Source of the DNA: a virus
Taxonomy: Duplodnaviria; Caudoviricetes
IMG/VR virus record: IMGVR_UViG_3300032242_000872
Coordinates: 1-52,416 of that record
Strand: one strand, 5' to 3'
Length of the DNA: 52,416 bases
How positions within the stretch are numbered: the first letter of the stretch is position 1; each line of letters opens with the position of its first letter. A model generated the notes under the pieces. The model had not been told where the DNA came from. It did no database searches and saw nothing but the letters and a program-made list of their open reading frames with translations. Positions 10,201-19,280 of the stretch are shown piece after piece. The translations under genes and the position numbers were made by a program.

Positions 10201-13200
10201 TATTGCCAACTTGACTAAACTAGATATTAAAAAAGTTAAATTAAATGATGCCCAGCAAAAGGTATTAAACGACTACATTAAAGCTGCCAAAGAGGTTGGT
10301 AATGAGCCAATGATGGAGACTATTAAGTCTAAGCCAGGCGCTAACGTAGCTCGTATTGCTAAGTTATTAGGCCCACAGCTATATGGCAGCATGAGTGATA
10401 TCTCTAATGTGTCAGTTAAAGAAATGCTCCAAAACTCGTTTGATGCCATAAAAACTATGATTGAAAATGGCACGATTACACAAGGCAATATTAATATTGA
10501 TGTAGATAAAGACACTCGTACCATTGCAGTCACTGATGATGGTAGCGGTATGGATTCAGATGTTTTAGCAAATACTTTCTTTACCATTGCTGGAACAAAA
10601 AAGGAAACTGAGTTTGGATCTGGTGGTTTTGGTATTGCTAAAATGTTATTTTTATTTGGTAATGAAAACGTAGAAGTTATTACCATGCGTGATGGCAAAA
10701 TCAGCAGTATGCAGTCTACTGGCAAAAACTTGATGGCTGCCTTAGAAGATCCAGCATTTGCCCCTAATATTGAAGTAGATGACAAGAGCGAGTGGCCTGA
10801 CTACGAGAAGATGTTTCCTAAAGGTCATGGAACATTTGTACGAGTAACTGTTCCAAAGGAATACAAGGATCAGTCTACTGGTGAAATGAAAGAGATTAAG
10901 TTCACAGACAGTAAATATGCTTATCCTGTTTTGGAAAATAGCCCGTTGTTTGCTAACATCAATGTTAAGTTTAACGATGATACCGTTTGGGATATGGGTA
11001 CTGAGTTCCCAGCAAACGAATACACAACCTTTGTTGATGCTAATTTTGATTGGGGAACTGCTCGAATTTATGTTTCTAAAGATCAAAAAGATCAGTGGGG
11101 AGATAACCTTCACATTCTTTCCAATGGTTTATGGCAATTCAGCCAGGGAATGAAGTTAAATCCAATGGAAATGTTTGGCAAAAACATTCCACATAGGTTT
11201 TACCTTGATGTTGTTTCTAAAGTTAAGCCAGATGAAGAGGGCTATCCATTCCAACTAAACCGCCAAGGATTTACCAAGGAAGCTGAAAGCGATCTGGATT
11301 TAATTAAAAAATATTTGACGCTGCACTACCAGCAAAAAGACTTTGATACATCAGCTAAGACATTTGGCACAGTCCAATATCTTGGAAGAGAAAGAAGTTT
11401 ATTTGGTAAAGATAAAGGAATTAGCGTATCCGAGACAATTAACTTAATTCCAGAATCTCCAAAAGTAAAAGAAGTAGATGGAATTGAAGAAGGTTCTCAA
11501 GTAGAAGTTAAAAACGGTAAATTAATTGTTAACGGCAAAGTTGTACCAGTATTAACGCCAGAAGATATGAAAAAAGCTGCCATAAACATCGATGAATTGC
11601 AGATACCTCAAAGTAGTATTAACCCTAAGAAGGTTATGATCCATGACAATCTTGAGGTTAAAAATACAGATGGCACATTTTCTCCTATTACTCAGTTAGC
11701 TATAGATGAGTTTGGTGAAAGATTTCATGACTTTATGTTTAATCTTGGTGATGCTTTTATGGCATTAAGAGATGCTACAGCAAGATTGATGCCAGCAGAT
11801 AGAAAAGGCATAGACTATAAAAACTTAGCCAAAGAAGCTATTGGTATATCCTTTGACAAAGAATATCGTGGCGTTAGTATTACATTGCCATTCAAAGGCT
11901 TATTTATTAACCCAGCATTCCCAGAGTTTATAGATACGCCAGAAGAGGCAGCTTTGGGTATGTTTGGAACTATGATCCACGAACTAGCTCACCACAAGGT
12001 TCGCAACCACGGGGCTGATTTCCCAGCGGAAATGCAACGTATCATTATTAAATTGGAGTCCGCACCTTCTTTAGATATTCAGCAGCTCAAGAAAGATTTA
12101 ATCTTGACAGTTAAAGAAAATATGGACATTATTAAGTTCTTAAATAAAGAGGGATCAAATGAATCTAACAGGCCTATTGGACAGCGTTTCAAAGATAGCC
12201 AGTACCAAAAACGAGGCGAAGATACTTCTGCAGACCTTTCTAAACGAGGGAAGCAACAGCGGGGAGAACCCAGAGTATCTAGCGAGTCTGAGTCAGGGAT
12301 TGAAGATATTAGAGAAGAGCGAGAACTTGAACCAGTTTCGTCAGAAGGTAAAGGCTCAAAGTCAGACATAGAAGAAGTACAAAATCTTCTAAAGAAACAC
12401 GCTCGTTCTAATACTCCATTACATCCTAGTAATGAAGTAGCAGATGCCTTTATGGGATCTGTGCAAAAAGGCAAAAAGATCTACTCAAGGGTTAAAGAAA
12501 ATCCAATGATGGTTGCTCCAGCCATGATTAGTAAGTTAGATCGTGCCACTACCTTTGCTCGTAACAAAAATATCTGGTATGGAACTGGCCTAGAACAAGC
12601 AGACTTTGCAAAATACAATGGCCAATTGCGCACTGGTCAAGGAGATGCTATTGCATCATTAGCAGTAACGAATGCTATTCATGCGGGCCACGTAGGAACC
12701 CAAGTATTAATTGAAGGAAATTTACAATATAACCCTGTTACCCAACAGTTTCAATCTGTAAAGAGTGATAAGTCAATGGCAAATGTCATTACTTTGAAGT
12801 CTAAACTTATGAAAAAATTAGGAGATCAAGAAGCGACTGATCTTATTAATGGCTATTTTGAGGCTAAACGTTCACGTTCAATTATTAATGAATATTTAAA
12901 TCGTGAAGGGGCTTATGTCAAAGCGATTGAAGAGGGTGAAGATGAGGCTACAGCATCTAAGAATTTAAAAAATATTGAAGTAGCTATGCAAAAAGTAAAC
13001 ATGGATGATGATCAAATTGATGAGTTCATTGCCATGGATAAGAAGTTCCCAGAGCTACGTCAAATGATGGATAACTGGACTGCAGTAAACCATAATATGT
13101 TAGATAACATGGTTTTCTCAGGAGTCATTAGTAAGCGCAGAGCAAAAGATTTAAAAGCTATCAAGGACTATGTTCCTTGGTATAGGATTATGGATGAGCA

Positions 13201-15136
13201 AGCTGATATTCATCAGCCTACTGGTGGTGTAGTTCGCACCTTAACAAACGTAAGCCAGGACAAAAAGTTTAAAAAAGGTGTAGTAAACAGAGATATTGAT
13301 GACATTGTGGATAACATGATTCACAACGTTATGATGATGACTCGAAATTCTATGCGTAACTATGCTGCAAATCGTGTAGTTGCCGAATATGGAACTAGAA
13401 AAGAAAATGGCAAATTAAAAGTATTTTCAACTGAAGGTCGTGATAGCGATGGAGTACGTTTTAATATTATTGCTAATGGCCGTAGAATTATTGTTCAGAT
13501 AAAAGATCCGCTGATTGCTGAGTCAGTCATTGGTATGGAAAACATTGAGATTCCAATGAACAAAATATTGGCTGCAATGGCTAACGGCTTGCGTAGAACT
13601 ATTACCTTCTCTGGTGTATTCCAAGTTAAACAGTTATTTATGGATGCTCCTACAGCTGCTTGGGTATCTGGACTTAAGAATCCATTTGCCGTATGGGGAG
13701 GCACGTTTAGTTCATTTTTACAGGCATTAAGAAATAATGATCCAATTGTAAAGATGTTTAAATCTTATGGTATTGGTGGTTTCCAATCAACATCTAGAAC
13801 TCCTGAGAAAGAATTAAAGCTAGAAATTGGATTATTAAATCATTCAAACTATGCCAAATTAATTAAATTCTTAGATCACGTTGGTGATTCTTCTGACTAC
13901 GCTCAACGTAGAGCTATCTACAAACGGGTAATGAAAGAAACATCAAAAACTGGTAAATGGCAAGATGGTGATCAGATGCAAGCGTTGTTGCAAGCTAACA
14001 ATGTTATTGACTTTCTTAAACATGGTAGTGGTCAAACGGCTCAGTTTTTAACCAGGACTGTATCTTTCATGAACGCTTATGCACAGCAGATTGATGTACT
14101 AGCTCAGACATTAGCTGGTGGTGGACTCAAGGGTAAGGATCGCCAAGAAGGACTCAAGCGCATGGCAATTACAGGTGGCTTATTGTCAATGACAACCCTG
14201 CTTTATTGCATGGCTGTAGGCGCTGACGATGACTATCAAGAACTGGATGATCAAACTAAGGCACGTAATTTATATATTCCTGGTTCTAAAAAAGCATTTG
14301 GCCATGCCGTAGTATTACCAATGCATACTTCAGCCAGTTTCTTCTTTAAGGCAATACCAGAGTTACTCTATAACAAGGTAATGAATCAAGGAACTAATAA
14401 CGAGATGGATAATACTCGTTTGCGTACTGCCTTAAAAGAGGCTGCAATTGATTCTTTATTAGGGCCAAATGCCGTTCCAACTGGTGCAAAGCCATTTATT
14501 GAGATTGGTTTAAATAGAAACTTCTTTACTGGCGGTCAACTTACTCCAAAAGGAATGGAAAATTTAGAGGCAGTTGAACAATATACTTCAGCTACTTCTG
14601 AGCTTGGCAAAGTATTTAGCGCCCTTACATCGGTTCCTGGAACAGATAAACGTGCATTAAATCCAATTGAGGCAGATCATTTGATGCGCAGTTTGTTTGG
14701 TTCTGTTGCTGCAATGTCAATGTGGGGATCTAATATGTTTGCTGGAGATCGTCCAGAAGGCCGTGTTAAAGACATTCCAGTAATTGGTCAGTTTGTATTA
14801 CCAGAAGTTCCACGTGGTAATGAGGCTATGTTCTATGACTTTAAAGAGCGTTCTGATGAAAAGTACAACACTTACATGAGAATGCTAGACCGCAACAAAA
14901 TTGATGAAGCCGATCAATATCTTGAGAAAAATATGGGATTGGTAGCTGCCCATGATTATGTAACCTCTATGGATAGTGGCTTAAAAGAGCTTAATAAGCA
15001 GATCCGCAATATTGGTGAAACGAAAGATCCTGATTACACCAAGTCGGAAAGACGTAAAGACATTACTGATCTTCAAGAAACAAAGAAAGATATTCTTGAT
15101 GGAATTGGTTTAATCAGAAAAGATTCAGGCCTGTAA
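7259..15136 (+). CDS. Large polyvalent ejection protein: GHKL ATPase, zincin HExxH domain and LPD38-like C-terminus
   Basis: 2625 aa; KEMLQNSFDA / DDGSGM / GSGGFGIA / GHGT motifs; MIHELAHHKVRNHGADF; PFIEIGLNRNFFTG near the C-terminus. Confidence 0.75.
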   Translation: MQKAVNPQTGEVLFLVDNQWVKPTQTAINPDTGENAFLVNNAWQVMPMPKPAEPIVSPEEQMMSSVGQTSQQQPSAGVLSGTTLPANPPPMGNRDISEVGTALPITKDLPKLDVSQMPTAEERAVANFGISPEMGFGEKALRTAKGALYGASTGLEQSWAGGARLIADITGINKEEVASASRQLGKEQAAVEKTYAPEYGFKIAKDIGSSVVQNIPTIGAGLYAGTSSALTNMFLQSFTQTYDDSRNEGLGVGESTVRSTLYGTAEALGESLGLPNLLKGVKGALKGVPTVDLAKDMAKYILKEIPGEQFTYVSQFLTDKGFGLNPEAGLTEFLQGAQDTALVTVGQTAIMGGGLGATNKILKELRGLHSKGDEGIPNAADMVKQAGFNFQRPEPQGQVTIQGAPPEAVMPPQTAPTAPGEVAPSRAVIQEGEIEVPEEEGVTAVTPTTVVPKKPTFVKKPNDPAIEAEAIAIADELDKLGEKGFAIGFRSKIEKDGGLTKSEDLNFYRNKLLEAQQKAGKAEEMPQEKFNIENYLPSSNKAEVKRFNQYVPNAPEPVREMVGKSNEYLQKLTDKINSLGYKVLDVDTRAPQEIQELKRKISNIAGSTFAYTKNAEHIDKNNRFANPDKFENIAQTLEKDFADADQLLGIEAAKPQATEVVTEEEQLPKFSQAENVPVIPEGQTVDSTNPEVLKKFNEIIETYEPESGISQEDSFLSAINEDVQSKIEETKAPPFKKGYVSTVSYEVAPFNGGWVGGSSIMSATGGYASGASIWDKVYPTKQEAINAQIDELRDSAKIYGNTKALAWLDSVDPRLTKESKIETNKVRQTEKKTKAKPIEKPVERVKPVEAKEEKPVTTEALEKAVTKAGEKVDYDKIKKSAENQINQAIKRTKYMTEEAYKDAKIPDAERFVTIKLEGDGSFKVKNNKERLEEFKKKLVNAIKPKQAGTPRREWESAAVGFKADSAFKNFLNEKEPETAIAIANLTKLDIKKVKLNDAQQKVLNDYIKAAKEVGNEPMMETIKSKPGANVARIAKLLGPQLYGSMSDISNVSVKEMLQNSFDAIKTMIENGTITQGNINIDVDKDTRTIAVTDDGSGMDSDVLANTFFTIAGTKKETEFGSGGFGIAKMLFLFGNENVEVITMRDGKISSMQSTGKNLMAALEDPAFAPNIEVDDKSEWPDYEKMFPKGHGTFVRVTVPKEYKDQSTGEMKEIKFTDSKYAYPVLENSPLFANINVKFNDDTVWDMGTEFPANEYTTFVDANFDWGTARIYVSKDQKDQWGDNLHILSNGLWQFSQGMKLNPMEMFGKNIPHRFYLDVVSKVKPDEEGYPFQLNRQGFTKEAESDLDLIKKYLTLHYQQKDFDTSAKTFGTVQYLGRERSLFGKDKGISVSETINLIPESPKVKEVDGIEEGSQVEVKNGKLIVNGKVVPVLTPEDMKKAAINIDELQIPQSSINPKKVMIHDNLEVKNTDGTFSPITQLAIDEFGERFHDFMFNLGDAFMALRDATARLMPADRKGIDYKNLAKEAIGISFDKEYRGVSITLPFKGLFINPAFPEFIDTPEEAALGMFGTMIHELAHHKVRNHGADFPAEMQRIIIKLESAPSLDIQQLKKDLILTVKENMDIIKFLNKEGSNESNRPIGQRFKDSQYQKRGEDTSADLSKRGKQQRGEPRVSSESESGIEDIREERELEPVSSEGKGSKSDIEEVQNLLKKHARSNTPLHPSNEVADAFMGSVQKGKKIYSRVKENPMMVAPAMISKLDRATTFARNKNIWYGTGLEQADFAKYNGQLRTGQGDAIASLAVTNAIHAGHVGTQVLIEGNLQYNPVTQQFQSVKSDKSMANVITLKSKLMKKLGDQEATDLINGYFEAKRSRSIINEYLNREGAYVKAIEEGEDEATASKNLKNIEVAMQKVNMDDDQIDEFIAMDKKFPELRQMMDNWTAVNHNMLDNMVFSGVISKRRAKDLKAIKDYVPWYRIMDEQADIHQPTGGVVRTLTNVSQDKKFKKGVVNRDIDDIVDNMIHNVMMMTRNSMRNYAANRVVAEYGTRKENGKLKVFSTEGRDSDGVRFNIIANGRRIIVQIKDPLIAESVIGMENIEIPMNKILAAMANGLRRTITFSGVFQVKQLFMDAPTAAWVSGLKNPFAVWGGTFSSFLQALRNNDPIVKMFKSYGIGGFQSTSRTPEKELKLEIGLLNHSNYAKLIKFLDHVGDSSDYAQRRAIYKRVMKETSKTGKWQDGDQMQALLQANNVIDFLKHGSGQTAQFLTRTVSFMNAYAQQIDVLAQTLAGGGLKGKDRQEGLKRMAITGGLLSMTTLLYCMAVGADDDYQELDDQTKARNLYIPGSKKAFGHAVVLPMHTSASFFFKAIPELLYNKVMNQGTNNEMDNTRLRTALKEAAIDSLLGPNAVPTGAKPFIEIGLNRNFFTGGQLTPKGMENLEAVEQYTSATSELGKVFSALTSVPGTDKRALNPIEADHLMRSLFGSVAAMSMWGSNMFAGDRPEGRVKDIPVIGQFVLPEVPRGNEAMFYDFKERSDEKYNTYMRMLDRNKIDEADQYLEKNMGLVAAHDYVTSMDSGLKELNKQIRNIGETKDPDYTKSERRKDITDLQETKKDILDGIGLIRKDSGL
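8582..8595. repeat. 14-bp palindrome copy 1, GTAACAGCTGTTAC
   Basis: Perfect palindrome inside a Pro/Thr linker of the giant protein. Confidence 0.9.
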
Positions 15137-15163
15137 AAAAGGGGAGGTCTTTTGAACCTCCCC
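15135..15163 (-). terminator. Rho-independent terminator between convergent genes
   Basis: Stem GGGGAGGT/ACCTCCCC preceded by A6, which is a U-tail on the minus strand. Confidence 0.75.
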
Positions 15164-15204
15164 CAAGGACTAACGTGAAGAAGCCACAATCGGTAGTGGC
15201 ATCT

Positions 15205-15546
15205 TTATTTTATCTCTATTTTGACCATACCAGCAACCTCTTCTTTAAAGAAAAAGCTCGGTAAAAATCGTTTGTCATTGACCTTTAGTGCATCTGCCAG
15301 CCCATCTAAGCCAGATTTAATGGATGCAACCATGTTATCTGCGTCTCTATGGCGTTTATCTGGTGGATAAAAAGTAATCTCTATAGGTATTTTCCCTTCC
15401 CCAGCAGGTGCTATTAGCTTGGCTTCAAGTGCTAAAGCCCAGCAAGCAGTCCTATATTCTTTTTTCTTTTTCGCCTTCTGAGCCCAGTGCAGACTTGAGT
15501 TAGGGGAAAGTTCTTTGGGAGGCCAAGGTAGGGTAACTTTGTTCAT
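15205..15546 (-). CDS. rusA: RusA-family Holliday junction resolvase
   Basis: LPWPP..SPN; FYPPDKRHRDADNMVASIKSGLDGLADALKVNDKRF. Confidence 0.8.
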   Translation of the reverse strand: MNKVTLPWPPKELSPNSSLHWAQKAKKKKEYRTACWALALEAKLIAPAGEGKIPIEITFYPPDKRHRDADNMVASIKSGLDGLADALKVNDKRFLPSFFFKEEVAGMVKIEIK

Positions 15547-15588
15547 GTCATTATTTTACATCAGATGAATAAATATGAGAACAACCTG

Positions 15589-15617
15589 TTGACATACATT
15601 TTCTTTTGACGGATACT
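15589..15617 (+). promoter_or_regulatory. Sigma70-type promoter of the recombination/middle operon
   Basis: TTGACA, 17 nt, GATACT; followed by leader GGTAGTTTA and RBS CTGCTAGGAG (15632-15641). Confidence 0.65.
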
Positions 15618-15647
15618 TCTTGGTAGTTTAACTGCTAGGAGAACTAA

Positions 15648-15872
15648 ATGAAAACTATTCCTTACACAACCTCAACTGGCTTGAAAATTGGTTCACGCTG
15701 GAATGAGTCACCAAAGCCCATGCCTATTGATGATCCAGATATGGAAATCATTCAGACTTGGTTTATTCATACACCTAAATGGCACAAGGCTCGCAGGATG
15801 GAGCGCACTGTAGCTTATGTTTGCGCAGCTATTGCTGTTTTGATTATTTTAGCTTTGTGGGTAAGAGTATGA
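15648..15872 (+). CDS. Small protein with C-terminal TM helix
   Basis: Strong RBS; hydrophobic C-terminus AYVCAAIAVLIILALWV. Confidence 0.6.
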   Translation: MKTIPYTTSTGLKIGSRWNESPKPMPIDDPDMEIIQTWFIHTPKWHKARRMERTVAYVCAAIAVLIILALWVRV

Positions 15873-16753
15873 AGATCACTAATAAATATGGCATCCCACA
15901 GACGTTTATGAACGTTTTGGAGCGTCCTACCTATAACAAGGGTAAGGCCCACCTATCTGCTACGCAGCTGCTTAACAGCCCTAAAATCGTGGCTCTGACG
16001 AAGAAATTTGAGGATGAACTAGAGCAGGACGCATCTGAGATGGTTTGGTCTATCTTTGGCTCTGCTGTTCATAACGTCTTAGAGCATGGAAAAGATGACC
16101 ATCACTTGGTAGAAGAGCGCATTCATGCCGAGGTTGATGGCTGGCAGATCTCTGGAGCCGTTGATTTACAGATCATTAACCCTAAAGGTCTAGACATTCG
16201 GGACTATAAGACTACCTCTGTTTGGGCTGCTATGAATGAAAAGCCTGAATGGGAAGACCAGCTCAATGTCTATGCTTGGCTAGTTGAGAAGGTTAAGAAT
16301 ACCCCAGTAACTTCCTTGGGTATTGTAGCAATCCTACGGGACTGGAAAGAACGGGAAAGTAAACAGAAAGAAAACTACCCAGAAGCGCCAATTAAAGAGA
16401 TACCTATCAGATTATGGTCTATGGAAGAGCGTACAGCTTATATATCAAGCCGTATAGCTATGCATAGTTCCTGTGATTTTGCCATTGAAACAGACGGTGA
16501 TTTGCCTGATTGCACACCATCTGAGATGTGGGAAAAGCCTACCACTTGGGCAATAAAAAAGAAGGGTGGAGTTCGTGCGTTCAAGGTTTATGAGACCGAG
16601 AAACACGCTTTAGAAGCGCTTGCAGCCATGGATAGTGTTTATGAAATTGAGGTGCGTCCTGGCGAGCGTACTCGTTGTGAGAATTACTGCCAAGTTTCCC
16701 ATTACTGCCAGCAGTATCGGGATTATTTATCCACTAAAGGAGAAGTTAAATGA
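15869..16753 (+). CDS. PD-(D/E)XK (Cas4/RecB-like) exonuclease
   Basis: GSAVHNVLE, GAVDL..DYKTT, QLNVYAWL and C-terminal Cys cluster; start moved to ATG 15869 (ATGA overlap). Confidence 0.8.
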   Translation: MKITNKYGIPQTFMNVLERPTYNKGKAHLSATQLLNSPKIVALTKKFEDELEQDASEMVWSIFGSAVHNVLEHGKDDHHLVEERIHAEVDGWQISGAVDLQIINPKGLDIRDYKTTSVWAAMNEKPEWEDQLNVYAWLVEKVKNTPVTSLGIVAILRDWKERESKQKENYPEAPIKEIPIRLWSMEERTAYISSRIAMHSSCDFAIETDGDLPDCTPSEMWEKPTTWAIKKKGGVRAFKVYETEKHALEALAAMDSVYEIEVRPGERTRCENYCQVSHYCQQYRDYLSTKGEVK

Positions 16754-16893
16754 AGAAGCTAATCGGATTTGCAATCATTGTCCTAATTTCAACTGGCGTA
16801 TACGCTCAGACCAAATGTGTATCAGATGGTCGTGGTGGTATGTGCTGCTGGGATGTAGGTTCTCAAGGCCCATTTAAGCCAATTGGGTGCTGA
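16750..16893 (+). CDS. 47-aa secreted Cys-rich peptide (not in ORF track)
   Basis: MKKLIGFAIIVLISTGVYA signal peptide then QTKCVSDGRGGMCCWDVGSQGPFKPIGC; ATGA-coupled to the exonuclease. Confidence 0.65.
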   Translation: MKKLIGFAIIVLISTGVYAQTKCVSDGRGGMCCWDVGSQGPFKPIGC

Positions 16894-16894
16894 T

Positions 16895-17074
16895 ATGAAA
16901 ACAAGACAGGAAATGATTTACGACTTTATGGTTGCATTAGCCAGTAATTGTGATGCTATTGCTAAATCTGTAAAAGAATATAACGAGGAAAACGATGCTA
17001 AATGGACTGTTGCCGAAGAAATAGCTCTTATTGCAACTGAATTAGCGGATAGATATTTAAAGGAGGGTGCATGA
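16895..17074 (+). CDS. Hypothetical protein
   Basis: Tightly packed in the operon; MKTRQEMIYDFMVALA. Confidence 0.55.
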   Translation: MKTRQEMIYDFMVALASNCDAIAKSVKEYNEENDAKWTVAEEIALIATELADRYLKEGA

Positions 17075-17814
17075 GTGTCTATAAAAAGTTGCAGGAAGCA
17101 CGGGTGAACCTGCATAAAACTCAATTAAATAAGTCAGGCAAGAATAAGTTTGCTGGATTTAGTTATTTTGAATTAAGTGACTTTATTCCGCAAGTGACTG
17201 ACATTTTTAACAAGGTTGGTCTTTGCGGGGTCGTATCTTTTACCCAAGATACGGCTTATCTGACTGTGCATGAGACTGAGGGTGATGGATTTATTACATT
17301 TACCTCACCTCTAGTTATGGCAGAGAACGCTAAAGGTCAGGCAATCCAATCTCTGGGCAGTACGCACACCTATTTTCGGAGATACCTCTGGCTTATGGCC
17401 ATGGAGATTACTGAGAATGATGCGATTGATGCAGGAGAGCAGCCAGCAAAAAAGTCTGATGCTGTCACTGTAACAGGTGTTACTAGTACAGCTAAACCTA
17501 TTCAAAACACCATTACCGTACCTGCAGGCGCTAAAGCCACAATAGAAGTAAAGCCTATTGTAGGTGAGGCTGGTGGGTGGCAGATTACAGCACCAGGAAA
17601 ACCAGAAGGTGATGTAAAGGCATGGCTGGACTTAGTTAGCACTGCAACCAATATGTTGCTAGATATCACAGCAAACGATGAAGATGTCATGAAGATATTT
17701 AAGAAAAACAAACTGTTATTCGATACCGTAAAAGCTACCGATGCAGCATTTTTTAAAGATTTAATGATTAATTTTACTGAACGCAAGAATATGTTTATCA
17801 AGGAGAAAGCATAA
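17071..17814 (+). CDS. erf: ERF-family single-strand annealing protein
   Basis: KSGKNKFAGFSYFELSD...QSLGSTHTYFRRYL. Confidence 0.85.
   Translation: MSVYKKLQEARVNLHKTQLNKSGKNKFAGFSYFELSDFIPQVTDIFNKVGLCGVVSFTQDTAYLTVHETEGDGFITFTSPLVMAENAKGQAIQSLGSTHTYFRRYLWLMAMEITENDAIDAGEQPAKKSDAVTVTGVTSTAKPIQNTITVPAGAKATIEVKPIVGEAGGWQITAPGKPEGDVKAWLDLVSTATNMLLDITANDEDVMKIFKKNKLLFDTVKATDAAFFKDLMINFTERKNMFIKEKA
17470..17483. repeat. 14-bp palindrome copy 2, GTAACAGGTGTTAC
   Basis: Lies in the ERF inter-domain linker; the 20-mer GTCAC(T/A)GTAACAGGTGTTAC is shared with copy 4. Confidence 0.9.
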
Positions 17815-18071
17815 TGGCATACGATCCAAAACCAAACACAGGAACTTTGTTCCCTAATGATTACAAAAAAGCACCAAATCATCCAGATGTAAAAGGTGAT
17901 CTGTTCATTGAGCGTGATTTATTAAACGCTTTGATGATTAAAAACCCAGATGGCCTTATTAAGATTTCTATTTCTGGATGGAATAAAGAGTCTGCCAATG
18001 GCAAGTCATTTGTTTCATTATCTGCATCTGAGCCTTGGATTAAGCCAGCTGAAGATGAAGTTCCATACTAA
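17814..18071 (+). CDS. Small ssDNA-binding protein-like
   Basis: GTLFPN.KK..NHPDVKG...ISGW...FVSLS with acidic EDEVPY tail; follows the SSAP. Confidence 0.6.
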   Translation: MAYDPKPNTGTLFPNDYKKAPNHPDVKGDLFIERDLLNALMIKNPDGLIKISISGWNKESANGKSFVSLSASEPWIKPAEDEVPY

Positions 18072-18080
18072 GGAGATGAC

Positions 18081-18386
18081 ATGAAGAAAAATCATAGTAT
18101 TTCTTTAGAAGAAAAGATTGCTGACTGGGAACCAGAGCCACGTGTAACAGAAGTAGATTACGAAGAGCTTTGTCAGAAACTTCAAAATGCGTTGGCCAAG
18201 TCTTATGTTGAAAATGAAGATCAGCAAAAGGAAATGGAGTTTTTAAGTTGTCTTCTATCTATCAAAAGAAAACGAGTTGAGCAGTTGGAAAGCTATTTAG
18301 CTATTGCAATTACTCATGGTGAGTTTGACATTGATGATACTGATGATGAGGAATCTTTATCTGAATACTTAAAGGCTAGGCAATGA
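18081..18386 (+). CDS. Hypothetical coiled-coil protein
   Basis: AAGGAG RBS; operon packing. Confidence 0.55.
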   Translation: MKKNHSISLEEKIADWEPEPRVTEVDYEELCQKLQNALAKSYVENEDQQKEMEFLSCLLSIKRKRVEQLESYLAIAITHGEFDIDDTDDEESLSEYLKARQ

Positions 18387-18802
18387 AAACCCTTCAGTTT
18401 GAGGCTGCCAAGGTTGCTCTCAAGCAGGATAAGACTGGCTATGTCTTAACCTTATCTCTGCACCCTGACGATATTCCTGAAGACTTACTCAGGGATTTCG
18501 TTGGTGCGAGGTATCAAGTAGTCATGGTCAGGATTGATGCCAATGAGAAACCAATGGATCGACAGGAAGAATTTCAAGGTGAAAGGGCTATTCGTATTGC
18601 AGCCCTACTTTGCCGAGATAAAGACTTCTGGAAATATCTTCATGAGGATGATCAGATTATGAATCCAAATGAAGAAGAATCAGCTGAATGGCTTAGAGAT
18701 TATTTAAATATCTCTAGTCGAGCAGAGTTAAAAACAAACCATAATGCAAGGCTAATGTTAGATAGCATTCACAGGGAATATACGAAATGGAAAGAAAACT
18801 AG
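18383..18802 (+). CDS. Conserved phage hypothetical protein
   Basis: ATGA coupling; LLCRDKDFW...LNISSRAEL. Confidence 0.6.
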   Translation: MKTLQFEAAKVALKQDKTGYVLTLSLHPDDIPEDLLRDFVGARYQVVMVRIDANEKPMDRQEEFQGERAIRIAALLCRDKDFWKYLHEDDQIMNPNEEESAEWLRDYLNISSRAELKTNHNARLMLDSIHREYTKWKEN

Positions 18803-19068
18803 TACCGTATTCTGTCTATTTGCCAGTTGACTTGTACAACAAGATCAAAGCTCTGGCAAAGGAACGAAAAGCATCGGTGCTGATCAGGGATGCGATTGCC
18901 ATGATGTTAGGCGGTCATGACCTGTATAACAGCGGTTACAACCAGGCCCTTAAAGATGCCTCCCAAGTAGTCTATGACTGTGAAGAAGCTCAGATGGTCG
19001 CTATCAAAGGCAAAGATCTTGGCGCTATATTAGCTGAGAAGATTGATACCTTGGAGATTAAAAAATGA
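18787..19068 (+). CDS. Ribbon-helix-helix-like DNA-binding protein
   Basis: YSVYLPVDLYNKIKALA..KASVLIRDAI. Confidence 0.5.
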   Translation: MERKLVPYSVYLPVDLYNKIKALAKERKASVLIRDAIAMMLGGHDLYNSGYNQALKDASQVVYDCEEAQMVAIKGKDLGAILAEKIDTLEIKK

Positions 19069-19280
19069 ATTTATACGAAGTTACCTTGTATGAAACATTA
19101 ACAAAAACTTTAATTTATGAAGTTAAGGCTAGAGGCGAAAAGGAGGCTAAAAGAAAAGCTAAACGACTCTATAAGTATGAAAGCCCTGATGAACAATGGT
19201 GTACTGGCTACTCCATTAGTGAAGATGCTGGCGCTCTGATATTGCAAAATGATGTTCCAGAGGATGAAGAAGATGAGTGA
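19065..19280 (+). CDS. Hypothetical protein
   Basis: Operon packing; YEV...EVKA.GEKEA pattern. Confidence 0.5.
   Translation: MNLYEVTLYETLTKTLIYEVKARGEKEAKRKAKRLYKYESPDEQWCTGYSISEDAGALILQNDVPEDEEDE

Noticed and set aside
2723-13704. Many minus-strand and alternate-frame ORFs within the ejection genes (e.g. 2723..3211, 7312..7716, 10273..10785, 12079..12474)
   Set aside because: Shadows of long real genes; no RBS or recognisable motifs
15869-16753. Cas4-like nuclease suggesting a CRISPR system
   Set aside because: No repeat-spacer array or other cas genes seen; it sits beside ERF and SSB as an ordinary recombination exonuclease
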